A stretch of DNA of 64,000 nt, from NCBI RefSeq assembly GCF_000002075.1, contig NW_004797451.1, positions 388,853-452,852 of the forward strand, in the 5' to 3' direction. A program made the translations under genes and the position numbers. The DNA is from Aplysia californica. Taxonomy: Eukaryota. Below are positions 38,601 to 50,600 of the stretch, piece after piece (within the stretch, counting starts at the first letter, position 1; each line of letters opens with the position of its first letter). Under the pieces are notes generated by a model. It had not been told where the DNA came from, searched no databases, and worked only from the letters and a program-made list of their open reading frames with translations.

Positions 38601-41600
38601 GCAGGTTCTCTGGTATGGTTTGTTCTTTTCTTATATCTCCTTTTTTTGTTGTGTTTATTACTTTCTTGTAACACCTCTAATCTTCGTCACTTCTACGACC
38701 TAATTGTGTTGCAAGTACAGTAAAACTTACTAAAAAATAGACTACTCAACAGAATACCTCAGTGACTGTAATTTTTCCTCAGCACCTTTCACGTGCATCA
38801 CGTTCCCGTTCCTGTTTGCCGTCATGTTCGGTGACATGGGCCACGGTCTCATCATGTTCCTGTTTGCCCTGTACCTGGTCCTGAAGGAGAAACAGCTGGA
38901 GGCCAAGAAGATACAGAACGAGGTGGGCACAGTGTGTGGCAACGCGACGACAAAATGAATCCCTCGTCACTTTCTGCTGTTTTGAAATATGGAGCAATTT
39001 GTTGGACAGTTTTGCAGCCTATGTGGGATTTTTCCCTTGTCAAGAGTGGGTGGTTGATGGGTGCTGTAGTTTGTTGATTCCTCTTTTTAAAAATTTCTTT
39101 TCAGTTTTTCTATTAACCTCTCCTGTTCTTATAAAAAGTAGGATAAAATTATAATTGTTTTTATGAATTGTGTTATTTGTTCCTTTTACTCAACAGCTAT
39201 AATGATTTTGTTCAGACTCATGTATAAGATAATGTGTATTGGAATTCAAGTGTCATGTAGGACTAATGGCTTGTTACCTCTTTGTACTAAGTCGTATATT
39301 GGGTTTCAATAGTTTAGGTAAGTGAAATAATGCGCTATTTATTATTGACCTCCAGATTTTCAACACATTCTTCGGTGGTCGCTACATCATCCTGTTGATG
39401 GGTGCGTTCTCAGTGTACACGGGCTTCATCTACAACGACATCTTCTCCAAGCCTCTCAACATGTTTGGCTGTCAGTGGAATATACCCACCACGTAAGTTC
39501 AGGGGTCAAGGGTGGATGTGTGGAACATACCCACCACGTAAGTTCAGGGGTCAAGGGTGGATGTGTGGAACATACCCACCACGTAAGTTCAGGGGTCAAG
39601 GGTGGATGTGTGGAACATACCCACCACGTAAGTTCAGGGGTCGTGGTATATACGGGTCACGGTTTTATCCCCACCATATGAGTTCAGGGGTCAAGGTCAT
39701 GGTGTATACCCACCATCTCACATGAGTTCAAGGGTCAGGGGGTAATGGTTTTATACTCACCACGTGTGTTAAGGGGTCTGTAGGTTGTGGCATGTACCCA
39801 CCATTGAGTTCAGGGGTCAGGAGATTGTGGCATATACTGATAAAGTGAGTTGAGGGATCATGGTTCATGGAGTATACCCACCACATGAGTCAAAAGAATC
39901 AGGGGTTGACGTGTGGAATGTATTCATCCTGTAAGTTCAGGGGTCAGGGGTCGATGTATGTAATGTTTCCTCCTTGTGAGCTCAGGGGTCAGTACGAGTG
40001 CAACACTTCAAAAATTATCTTTTGCTCAAAATCTGGTAAACTGAAGACTGGGCAATTGACAGATTTTCTTGTGTGGTATGCTTCCTCTACTTCGTTTCAG
40101 TATTGTATTTCTAGTGTACAGATGAGTAGCTGGAGAAATGTGAACAATGTGAAACCCTCCCACCATATGCTACATTTCAGGGACAGCTGATTTTCTGAAT
40201 GTGATGACAGCACCCATCCCCCGATGATTCAATTGTATGGGTATTGTGAGTTTGGAGGTTAAGAATTGTTCTGAGGAACGACATCCTTAAAAAGGGTCTG
40301 TTGATGGAGGCGCACATGCCCACTATATTTAAAATGCAGAGTTCAGGGGTCAGTCAGTGGATTAGAACCTCCTTATGAGTCTTGGGGTGTCTAAAAAAAT
40401 AAACTACCACAGTCATAGCACAATTGCCTACTTCATATTTTGTCGTTTTGAGAAAACTTAAAGAAACAGTGCTTATGTAAGTCAATTTATGACTTGCGCA
40501 ATATCTCAATAAATGAGTATCTACAGCATGAAACAAAGTACTGGGGTGTGGAGGATACGAAATAAGCAACAGGCATTTTTACTGTACCATTACCTAAAAA
40601 TTTTCTTTTAAAAATGGCCCGCACATCTGTGTCACAAGTGCTGTGAAATGATCTTGAAAGAGTGAAAGTAAGAACTTTGGATTAAGCGATTGTCTGTCCT
40701 CTGCAGGGACCCCCGATACAATAACGTTTCACTGGCCAAGCATGACAAGATCAAACTGGACCCTGCGGCCACTTTCATGGACTCTCCCTACCCTATGGGA
40801 GTGGACCCGGTCTGTATTAGTTCTCTTTAAAAGTTTACTTTGGTATGTCTGTCTTTGGTCTGCTGTCAGACTTTCGTTTTACTTTACACAAAGTGAAAAC
40901 AATTTACGGCTATTAACTACAGTTGTTGGCTTTGTCTGAGTGTTTTTTATGTGAAGAAAAAATAATCTGCTTTGGGGCAATTGTCACACAGCTTCTAAGA
41001 TTATCGAAGGAAACATGTACACAGGCTTCTCAATTTGTCTAATTTATTGTTCTTTCTTTTCTTTTCGAACTGTGGAGTAGAGAGTAGTGATCTCACTTGC
41101 TGATCTTATATTGTTATTTTTTGCAACTTTTGAGTCAAAGCTTGTCTGTCTTCTTAATTTATCTGTTTTAAAATGTTGGCATCGGTAGTCTAGTGGCTAG
41201 GCTACTGGACTCGTAATTGTGAGGTTGCGGTTTCGGGGGTTCGAGATTCAAACCTGATATTGTGTCCTTTGGAAAAGTACTTCCTCACTTCACCCAGGTG
41301 AGAATGGATACCTGGCCATAGACAGCTAAAGATCTTGTCAAAGTATGTTAATGTTTTATCATCTCTAGAAATGGCAATTTGCACTATGTGCTTCCCAGGA
41401 AGTTTGTTTCAGAATTCTACTAGAGATGAAAATTTATCTTAAAAATCAAGATTATTATGTGCCTTTTGACAAAGTAACTTAAACTCATCCTTGTAAAATT
41501 TTCTTGAGCTTTTCCCTTGTTGCAAAAATATTATTTTGTCACCTCAAGAAACAATGAGTTTTTCTGGACTAATCTTCATGAGTGATTTTTATTGCTTTTT

Positions 41601-44600
41601 TTGTGTTCTCAGATTTGGATGCTGTCTGACAACAAGATTGCCTTCACGAACTCCCTCAAAATGAAAATGTCTGTCATCCTAGGGATTGGCCAGATGTTTT
41701 TTGGCATCTCGCTCAGCTTACTCAACCACAGGTTTGTCTTTCACACATATATATATAATATATCCCTGTGCACACACACTGAGGATGAAAAAAGAAACCC
41801 ATAAATAGTGGCATTTGAACTTAATTAGTCATTTAACAAGACACTGAATTATTATGTCTGAATAGAGATGAATGCCTGTGACAGATCATAAAAAGAACAA
41901 AAATGGAATAGAAGGGAACTGTGAGTCCAAAGGTTATTGCCAGTGCCACTTGTTTCTAACGTCACAAGAGAAAGAAAAAGGTAAAGTAAAGCCATTTGTC
42001 TCCTACAATACAAGAGAAAGAAAAGGATAAACTAAAGCCATTTGTCTCTTACAATACAAGAGAAAGAAAAAGGTAAACTAAAGCCATTTGTCTCTTACAA
42101 TACAAGAGGAAGAAAAAGGTAAACTAAAGTCATTTGTCTCTTACAATACAAGAGAAAGAAAAAGGGTAAAGTAAAGCCATTTGTTTCTAACAATACAAGA
42201 GAAAGAAAAAGGTAAACTAAAGTCATTTGTCTCCTACAATACAAGAGAAAGAAAAAATTAAACTAAAGTCATTTGTCTCTTACAATACAAGAGGAAGAAA
42301 AAGGTAAACTAAAGTCATTTGTTTCTAACAATACAAGAGGAAGAGAAAGGTAAACTAAAGTCATTTGTTTCTAACAATACAAGAGGAAGAAAAAGGGTAA
42401 AGTAAAGCCGTTTGTTTCTAACAATACAAGAGGAAGGAAGAAGTGAATAAAAGCCATTTGTTTTGTGCACAGACACTTCAAGCGACCCCTGAATATCATC
42501 TTTGACTTCATCCCTATGGTCGTGTTCCTGTTCTGCATGTTTGGATACCTCATCATCCTTATCTTCCACAAGTGGGTGCACTACACCTCGAAGGAGGCCC
42601 ACGATGCTCCCAGTCTACTCATAGGTAGGTCATTGGTCATGGAGAGATGCACAGTATGACCCTAGGTGGTTGGTGGGTGCTCTGGTGTGGTCTACTCCTT
42701 TCCTATCCAACGTTTATCATCCTTATCTGTCCTGAATTTTTTTCTGTGCATGTTGCTCTCTAGTAACTTCTCTAATCTTCGGAACTTTTATGACATTTTT
42801 GTGTTCCAAGTGCTGTAAAACTCTAAGTTTAAAATGAGAAAAAACAGCAACTCGTATTCGTTAGTTTTTCTGGGTTAAGATAATATTTGATTACAGGATT
42901 CAAGCTCAGAGAACTAAAGTTCGATGTCATGATTGGGGGGAAGTAATGCTTTGACTGACACAATAGTAGTTCTCAGTTTTGTGGATCAAGTAATCTTGTG
43001 TCATTTTTATGTTTATCTCTCTTTCATAGTCCATCCAGGCCCCCTACAAATTCTGAGTCTTATAACTTCATGTGTACTCATTTAAATATTTTGAATTACA
43101 TTTTTATAGAGACTATGTTTAGGATAAATGACAGTGACATCCGCGATAAACGTAAATAAATTGTCCTTTATGTTCCTACAATGGAATTTTCACATAGCAG
43201 GAAAATCTTTCTGATCTCTGCTTGTAGATTGATGTTTATAATGGCTTATACTGTTGTAATGTTTCTCAAAACCATAACCATTGTGCATACACTTAGATTT
43301 GGTTGAAATATAGAGATAAGCTCACATCTGAACCGATATTTGAAGTGTCATGGGTTAAAAATATTGGACTTATTATGTTTTGGCTGATTTGAAAAAAATT
43401 GACGTCTCTCTTTCCTTTTCTTATGGGGGCTTGGAGGACACCACTGATGGATCCTGATTCTTTATTTTCTTTCATTTGTCTCTGTTGTCTGTCTTACCAT
43501 TTTCCCTACCCTTAAATGAATGAATCTGTGTCTTACTACAAGCAAACAAAGGAACAATTGCCTTGTCTCTTTTCCAGGTCTGATCGACATGTTCCTCTTC
43601 AACTACGGGAAGCATCCTCTTATCTACAGTGGTCAGGTGAGAGCTTGGAAGGCTCAAGCTGAGTCAAGTAGTCAGTACTGTGCAACTATTATGTAAAAAG
43701 GTTATTCCCTCATCCGATCCGGACATTGGGGATTGCCTTGTTAGTGAGACAACATCCTGGGCCTTCAGCATATTGTGGTTGGGTGGCCAGTTCCTTTCCA
43801 CGCTGCCTTAACTTCCCTAACTCGAAGTCAGGTACCCATTACTGCTGGGTGAGCAGGAGGGGGCAAAAAGATTCTGTGTCCGAACCGAGGCTCGAACCCG
43901 GACTTTCTGCTCTGGTGGCAAGGGCACTAACCGCTCCGCCACCGCACCCTCTACATATTATGTATACAGTGGAGGTTGTCTGAGACAAGTGGACGTTGTG
44001 GACTGTCATTTTGACAAAAATAAAACATGGGGGGGGGGGGGGGGGGAGTGAGAAGTTGTTGTTTGTACGAGTCTTTGTCTTGGACAGGTGGCCATTAAAG
44101 TAAGTGTGACTGTATTTTGAATATAATTTATTCAAAGTACAGTTGAACATGTTCGTACATAATTCAATTGTGAAAGCAGCAAGAAGTCCAATAATTATAA
44201 TATGAGAAAATAAAGAAAAATAGGTTGTGGAGAAGCCTAAACACACATCAACAAAAAAGCGTCCTTGCGTTGAGGCTTTTCTAAGTTTTTTTTGTTTTTT
44301 AAAATTTATTCAGGTCTATTTTGAATTATTAGTTAAGTAAGGGACTGATCTCCCTCAAGAAGATTCATGCTCATACTGATCAGCAGAAGTACTGGATTTG
44401 CTGCTGAACCCCAGTCACTATGTTATGTGCTCATAGGTGATGATACAGATTCAGTGAAAGACAGTGAATGCTATTTCCACCATGGTGTATAAGGTAACCT
44501 AAAACTTAGGGTTAAAAGAACCTAAAACCTCAATCCCCAAAAACAGTTTCTCTCTTTCTTGTCTTCAGAAAGGGTTCCAGAGTTTCTTGGTGGTGCTGGC

Positions 44601-47600
44601 GGTGCTATGTGTGCCATGGATGATGTTTGGGAAACCGATGTACCTGCGCTACCAAACACGTTACGGACAGGTGAGTGGAGGCGCCGCTTTTGACCGCAGA
44701 GTCAAAACAAGAAAGAAAGGAGACGGAAAAAATGCGACTGTTCAGTTAGTTTGTGTTGAAAATTTCGTGATAAATGTATACTGGAGATGCAAAATAGCAT
44801 TATTTCAAAAGAAAGTAAGAAATACCATTCAATGAGTGTGTGTCATTAATTTCCCTTCAACATAATGTTCACATATATATAGAAATTACTCTCCCACTAT
44901 ATATATCAATTCCCCTCTACATTTATAAAACAAATTCCCAAAATACTCATACATATGTCACGGGGATTTCATGGCTCCCAGCATTTTCATTGTTCGTTTG
45001 TGTTTATTTTTGGTGATTGTGTGTATGTGTGTTTTTCTCATCATACAAGCCCTCCCAACCCTCGAGTACTAACAGTTTGAGTGGTGACTGTCATTTCTTT
45101 TTGGGCCTGGCTCTACACTTACCTTGAAGGGGTGATATGTTGACCCTCAGCAGCCCCACCAGGATGTCTAACCACTGCTGTGGTGGAATAACACACACTA
45201 ACATCAGATGAGCATTCATGGATCTACTTTGATGTGTCATATCTCTGTCTTCTTTCCTTCCTCCTCCTGTCTTCTGTACCTTCTCATCTAGGCTGAGTGC
45301 TTCATCTGTGTGTGTTAAGGTGTATGTGTTTATGCAAGTGTGAATGTACCTGTTGATATCTGTCGTGGAAAGGAAAATTTGTCATTTGTGCAGCATTAAA
45401 TTAATTTGAGTAGAAAAATCAATAGTTGTCTGGGCTCTACACGAGGAAGGCCAAGAGGAACACCTTCAGTTTTCCTTCAAGTTTCGTATAAATGATTTTG
45501 GAAAGCTCCTCTGAGATGTATGGGTAAACCAAAGATGATTTTGTAAAATGTCAGTTGCTCCACGGAGCTGAGTAGCAGGTCAACGGGAACAACAATGCTA
45601 ATCCAGGGTGATCTAGAAGTATTGTATACTGTCGCTGTCACTCGAAATAAGTAACTCCAACAATTTTTCACACACCTTATACTATAAGACAAGGTCATGG
45701 TGCTTTGGCGTGTTTGCTCCTTCTTTCTTTTCAGGCATCTATCATTCTTATCTCTCCTCTTTCTTTCCTTAATATGTTACTCTCTTGTAACACCTCTAAC
45801 TTTTGGCACTATTATGACCTACATATCTTTGGCGTTGGCCAGATGACAAGGACACGTAGTTACTTGAGGGAGGCATTGCGCTGTCAAGAGCGAAATGGTC
45901 GCAGCTAAAGGGATTTGAAAACAACAACAACATGACCTACATGTGTTTGCAAGTTCTGTTAAACTCGTACTCAAACTGAACTCAAAGCAAGGTCAAACAG
46001 AGTCACTCATTTTTCTTGTGACAGCGACAATATCCTTGTGTCGTGTTCTGGTGCTCAGTTACATCAGCTGATGTCTGTGCTTGACTGTGTAGTGGACGGC
46101 CTTGGTTTGATTCCCCAGAGCAGCATTCCCGGGCGTGGTTTGTGCGAGGGGTTGCCACTGTTCTCCTTCCCCTTGGCTTGATTGTATTGGAAATGGACGT
46201 TTGACCAGTTTTTGCTCCTCTGCCCTTTTCCTTGTAGTTCGACTTACAACTGTATACTCTCAGTCTTACAAGTGCATGCCTGGATCGATTACCTGTTATT
46301 ATTACCTGTCCTGGGCAACAACGTCATTGCATACCGGACAGGTCCATAAGTGCTCAGTTTCCCCCAGCACCAAAGCCTGGATCGATAACAACAAGTGAAG
46401 TGCTGTGTTGTGAAAGCGACTCGCATGTTTTGTTTGCTGTGTGAAAATAGCCTAGACTTTTTAGAACTGCTATGGTGGCCAATTTAATATGTCCCAAAAA
46501 AAATTAACAAATGGGCCTAGATTTTGTGAGTCCACCATAAGAGTAATCTCACTCCAATCCTTGACCCATGCAATGTCAGTGAAGGAAAAATGTGCAACTT
46601 TCCTGTGAAGCCGGAAAACCGTTCCAGAAAATATACTTTTTGCTTTTGACGGACCATTTTGAATTTATGTTCACTATCTTTCTTAAACATTATTGGGCAT
46701 ACTGTGAAAGGTTTTTGACGCTGCTTGTAGTTAAACTCTAATAAGTTTCACCCGACGTACAATACGAATTGATGAATGTGTTGGACAAGAACAATCAATA
46801 GAACAAATAAACCTCCACAGAAAGATATTACAGATTTGTATTGTGGGGAAAATTGGATGAAAAACTTTCATTTACTTGGATTTTGCCATTGGAATTTAAG
46901 AAGTATAAAAGATTATTAATTTGTTTGAACAAAAGATTTGCTCTTAGTCTTAGAGTCATGGACTAATGCACTAACCTTTTGCATCAGAAATTTTTTTTTT
47001 ATTGCATATCATTTTTGTAGTCTTAATACTGTAATAATTTTCTTTGCAAGCATGATAGCAGACGTTACACACGTTGACCAACTACTGTTGTTCCTTCAGT
47101 TTTGTATGGCAGTTTTGTTACAGCGTAGTTCACCTCAAGTCAGTGCTTGGTTATTTCTGAGTTGCATTTCACATGTCTAGATGTTGTGTTTGTTTATGCG
47201 TATGTATGGAATGTGTGTATGTACGTGTATGTATGTCTGTGTCTGTATCATGTGTATGTATGAGCTTGTGTGCACATGCGAGTGCACACATTAGTGAGCC
47301 TGTGTGTATGTGTCTGTATGTATGTGTGTGCATGTCGTGTTGATGTATACTCATATCTATGGCCTATATGTGTGTGTATGTGTATGTCTATTTCTGTGTT
47401 AGCGTGCTTGCATATGAGCATGTATGTGAACACGTATGTTTGTATTGACACACTACAGCCTTGGCAGTCTTGCTGACTTGTTCCCGTGTCTATGGCCTTG
47501 TTTTCAGCAACACAAGTTTCAGTCCCTGCACAGGGAGGAGGAGGAGGAGGAGGAGGAGGATGGGGAAGAAGTAATGTTTCTCAATATGAGTAGCCCTAGG

Positions 47601-50600
47601 GTGCCTGCTGCCAACTCGGCTGCCAGTAACTCTAACTCTGGCTCGCCTTCTAACAGTAATTTCCATGAGGTGACAGTTACCTGCCCTTTGCCTGGTTTCT
47701 TTTTACCTGCACGCCTAACCCATTTATCGTCTGGGTTGACCAGTCTCACTTTCGTTTCGTTCTTCCTCTTTTGGTATTTCTGACTTACTCAAGCAAATTT
47801 GCCGGCTAGTGTATGTTCTTACCTTTTCTTTACAGTATTTATGGTTGATGGGTCTTGATTTTGATCTCATGCCCTTTGCACTTTTCATGAGCATAGAGGG
47901 TTAGTGACTGTTCATTGTACCGTAAGGCCCGGGGCTATGGGTATCATTTGTAAGTTAGCATCTTGTATTTTTTGCTTTTCCTTAACTTTCTCACCTGAAA
48001 GGTGTTGTTAGTTGGCACGCTGTGTACCATGCACAGGTGTGGCTGGCTCTGTCTGCTTCTCTGGGGGTTTTTTCTGTTGTTGTTGTCGTCCAGATGTACT
48101 GCTTGCCTCTTTTCATAACAAGTCAATTCAGTAATGATACAACAATACTAGAAATCTAAAGCTTATTCTATTACTCTTCATGTCGTTCATATGACATCAG
48201 ACCGTAATGTAGGTTTATCAAACACCTCTCTCTGTCTGCTGGGATGCTGTCTGTCTTCCACTGAGCCCAGGTTGGCCCTGACGTTCAGGGATGAACCACT
48301 TTGCCTCTTAAATTATTTAAAGTGTGTTATTAGGGGTGTAAAACACATACAGCTTCTTTTGAAAACATTTTTTGATTGTTATTAAACAAAGTGATAAAAT
48401 ACTATAAAACTTCAGTAGTGTGTGTCTGCGATGTCATAGTAATAAGTACGCCTTAGGTTTAAGGCTGTCCAGCTTAAATATGAAACGACTTTTTGGAAAT
48501 AATCTTTGATAGAATTCACCAGTTTAATCCAAATTCTGACACTGAACAGGCATTCATTTTTCCTGATAGGTCAGAAAATTTTTTAACCTCTGTGCTGTTT
48601 GATGGATGGGCTGCTTTTCTGGGGGGGGGGGGGGGGGTTTGAAGTCTGTTACGTCTGGTGTGATTGGGCGCTACTCTGTGGCGACCGGGTGTGTTCACTT
48701 TGATACAGGGGCCCCTCAAGGATGTGTTTTGTCACCCGTTTTATTCACACTATACACGAACGATTGCCAAATAAACAACAGTAACATCAAGTTGATAAAA
48801 TTTGCTGATAATTCAACCATAATTGGGCTAATTCAGGCTGACCATAACAAAACCGTTAACCGGAATTTTGTACTTAACTTTTCTGAATGGTGTGAAAATC
48901 ATAAGCTGCTTTCAAATGTAAAAAAACCCAGAAGATCTAGTTGTTGATTTTAGAATAAAGAAACTGCCCCTGCAACCACTCGAAATTAAATGTGAAAACA
49001 TCGAGCAAGTATCAGACTATAAGTATTTGGGTGTTACAATAGACAACAAACTCAACTGGCGTGTCCACACTTCTCTCCTTCATAAAAAAGTGAACAAAAG
49101 ACTATTTTTTCTAAGGAGGATAAAGTATTTTAAAATTGATAAAACGATGTCCATATTCTACCATTCAACCATAGAAAGTTGGATCGCCTTTTGTATAACA
49201 GCATGGGCCGGGAACATAAGACCCCCAACAAGATAAAGAAACATTAAATCGATTAATACAGAAAGCATGTAAAATTTCAACATCTACATTCCCCTACGTG
49301 GATGAACTGTACATAACAGCTTGCACTAAAAAAATTAATTCCATCTTTTTAGCCAACAAACATCCCTTGTTCCCTCTAATAAAAACATCAGTCAGAAGTA
49401 AAAGACCTTGGCTTCTGATTTGTACCAAAGAGAGATATAGAAGGTCATTTTTACCATCATCTATCAAAATGCTTCCATCTTAACCATCTTGTATAAGTAT
49501 ACTTATGACCTTAGAGTATGCATCATTTAACATTGAGTTTGTATATCTTAAGATTATTATTGTTTATATCGCTGCTCATTTATATTATTCATCTGATTGT
49601 AAGCCAATGTGTGTGTGTGTGTGCGTGTGTGTGTGTGTGTACATGTGGTGAAATACCAAACCAATGTGCCAGAATCTGGACTATAAAGATGTATTTTTAT
49701 CTTATCTTATCTTCTTTCCCTGTTTTACTGTTACTTTTGTCATGATCTCTTTGCGTCAAAACATTGGAAATATTCAAAGTGCAGTTAAGTACTAACCTTC
49801 TTAAAAATACAAGACGTTACTTTCTTATTTTTCCCTCATCAAAGTCATACTTTTTTCTGTTCCTTGATGTTGAACGACCTTTAACCCTTTCAGCCCGAAC
49901 CCCNNNNNNNNNNNNNNNNNNNNNNNNNNNNNNNNNNNNNNNNNNNNNNNNNNNNNNNNNNNNNNNNNNNNNNNNNNNNNNNNNNNNNNNNNNNNNNNNN
50001 NNNCCCCGCCCTGAGCATAGAAAACTCTTCCATAATGGCCGAAAGGAGAGGATTGCCAGGGTTATGCTACGCTCACTCTCTGAGGAATGTGTTAGTTTGC
50101 AGAAAGTTGAAAATAGAGCTCTCTGAGGCTTGCAGTCAGGCCTGTTGGGTGAACAGGCCTAAATTATACTAGGTGATATTTGTTATGTCGATGATGTTAG
50201 ACTCTATCAATGATCAATGTGTGGCTGGTTTTTGAAAGAAAACCCCACAACCTCTTCTGATTTGATTGATGAGAAGACAAAAGTTAGGCCCTGGTACTTT
50301 GCTATCAATGATAGTACATGTTGTTGACTCCTGATTTTTACTGAGGACTCACAGATCAATGTCGACAATGGTTATAGAAAGAAGTTTGAGTTCACCTGTT
50401 TCTTCCGATTACATGATCTGAGCTTAACGTCATCTGTAATATGTGTCTTTGCTAACAACTCAACATGTATTCTTCCTTCGAGAGCTTCTGGCTATGGGAA
50501 AGGGCAGTACTCGTGTATGTTATGTTTTTATCTGTTCATACTTCAAGCATGTGACCACTGACTTCTTGTACAATTATTGCTTGCACCAATACTTGAGACT

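Noticed and set aside
39402-39725. Repetitive ORFs ([15 protein letters not shown])n and ([15 protein letters not shown])n
   Set aside because: They are alternative-frame translations of the 45-bp minisatellite; the real exon frame stops at TAA 39494-39496.
45241-45320. Strong pyrimidine tract plus tag at 45291 as another alternative exon
   Set aside because: Phase-0 reading hits TAA after 8 codons and there is no convincing in-frame donor.
47836-47905. Acceptor tacag| with donor G|gttagt after exon 18a
   Set aside because: Length is not a multiple of 3 in a phase-0 intron and the peptide is not family-like.
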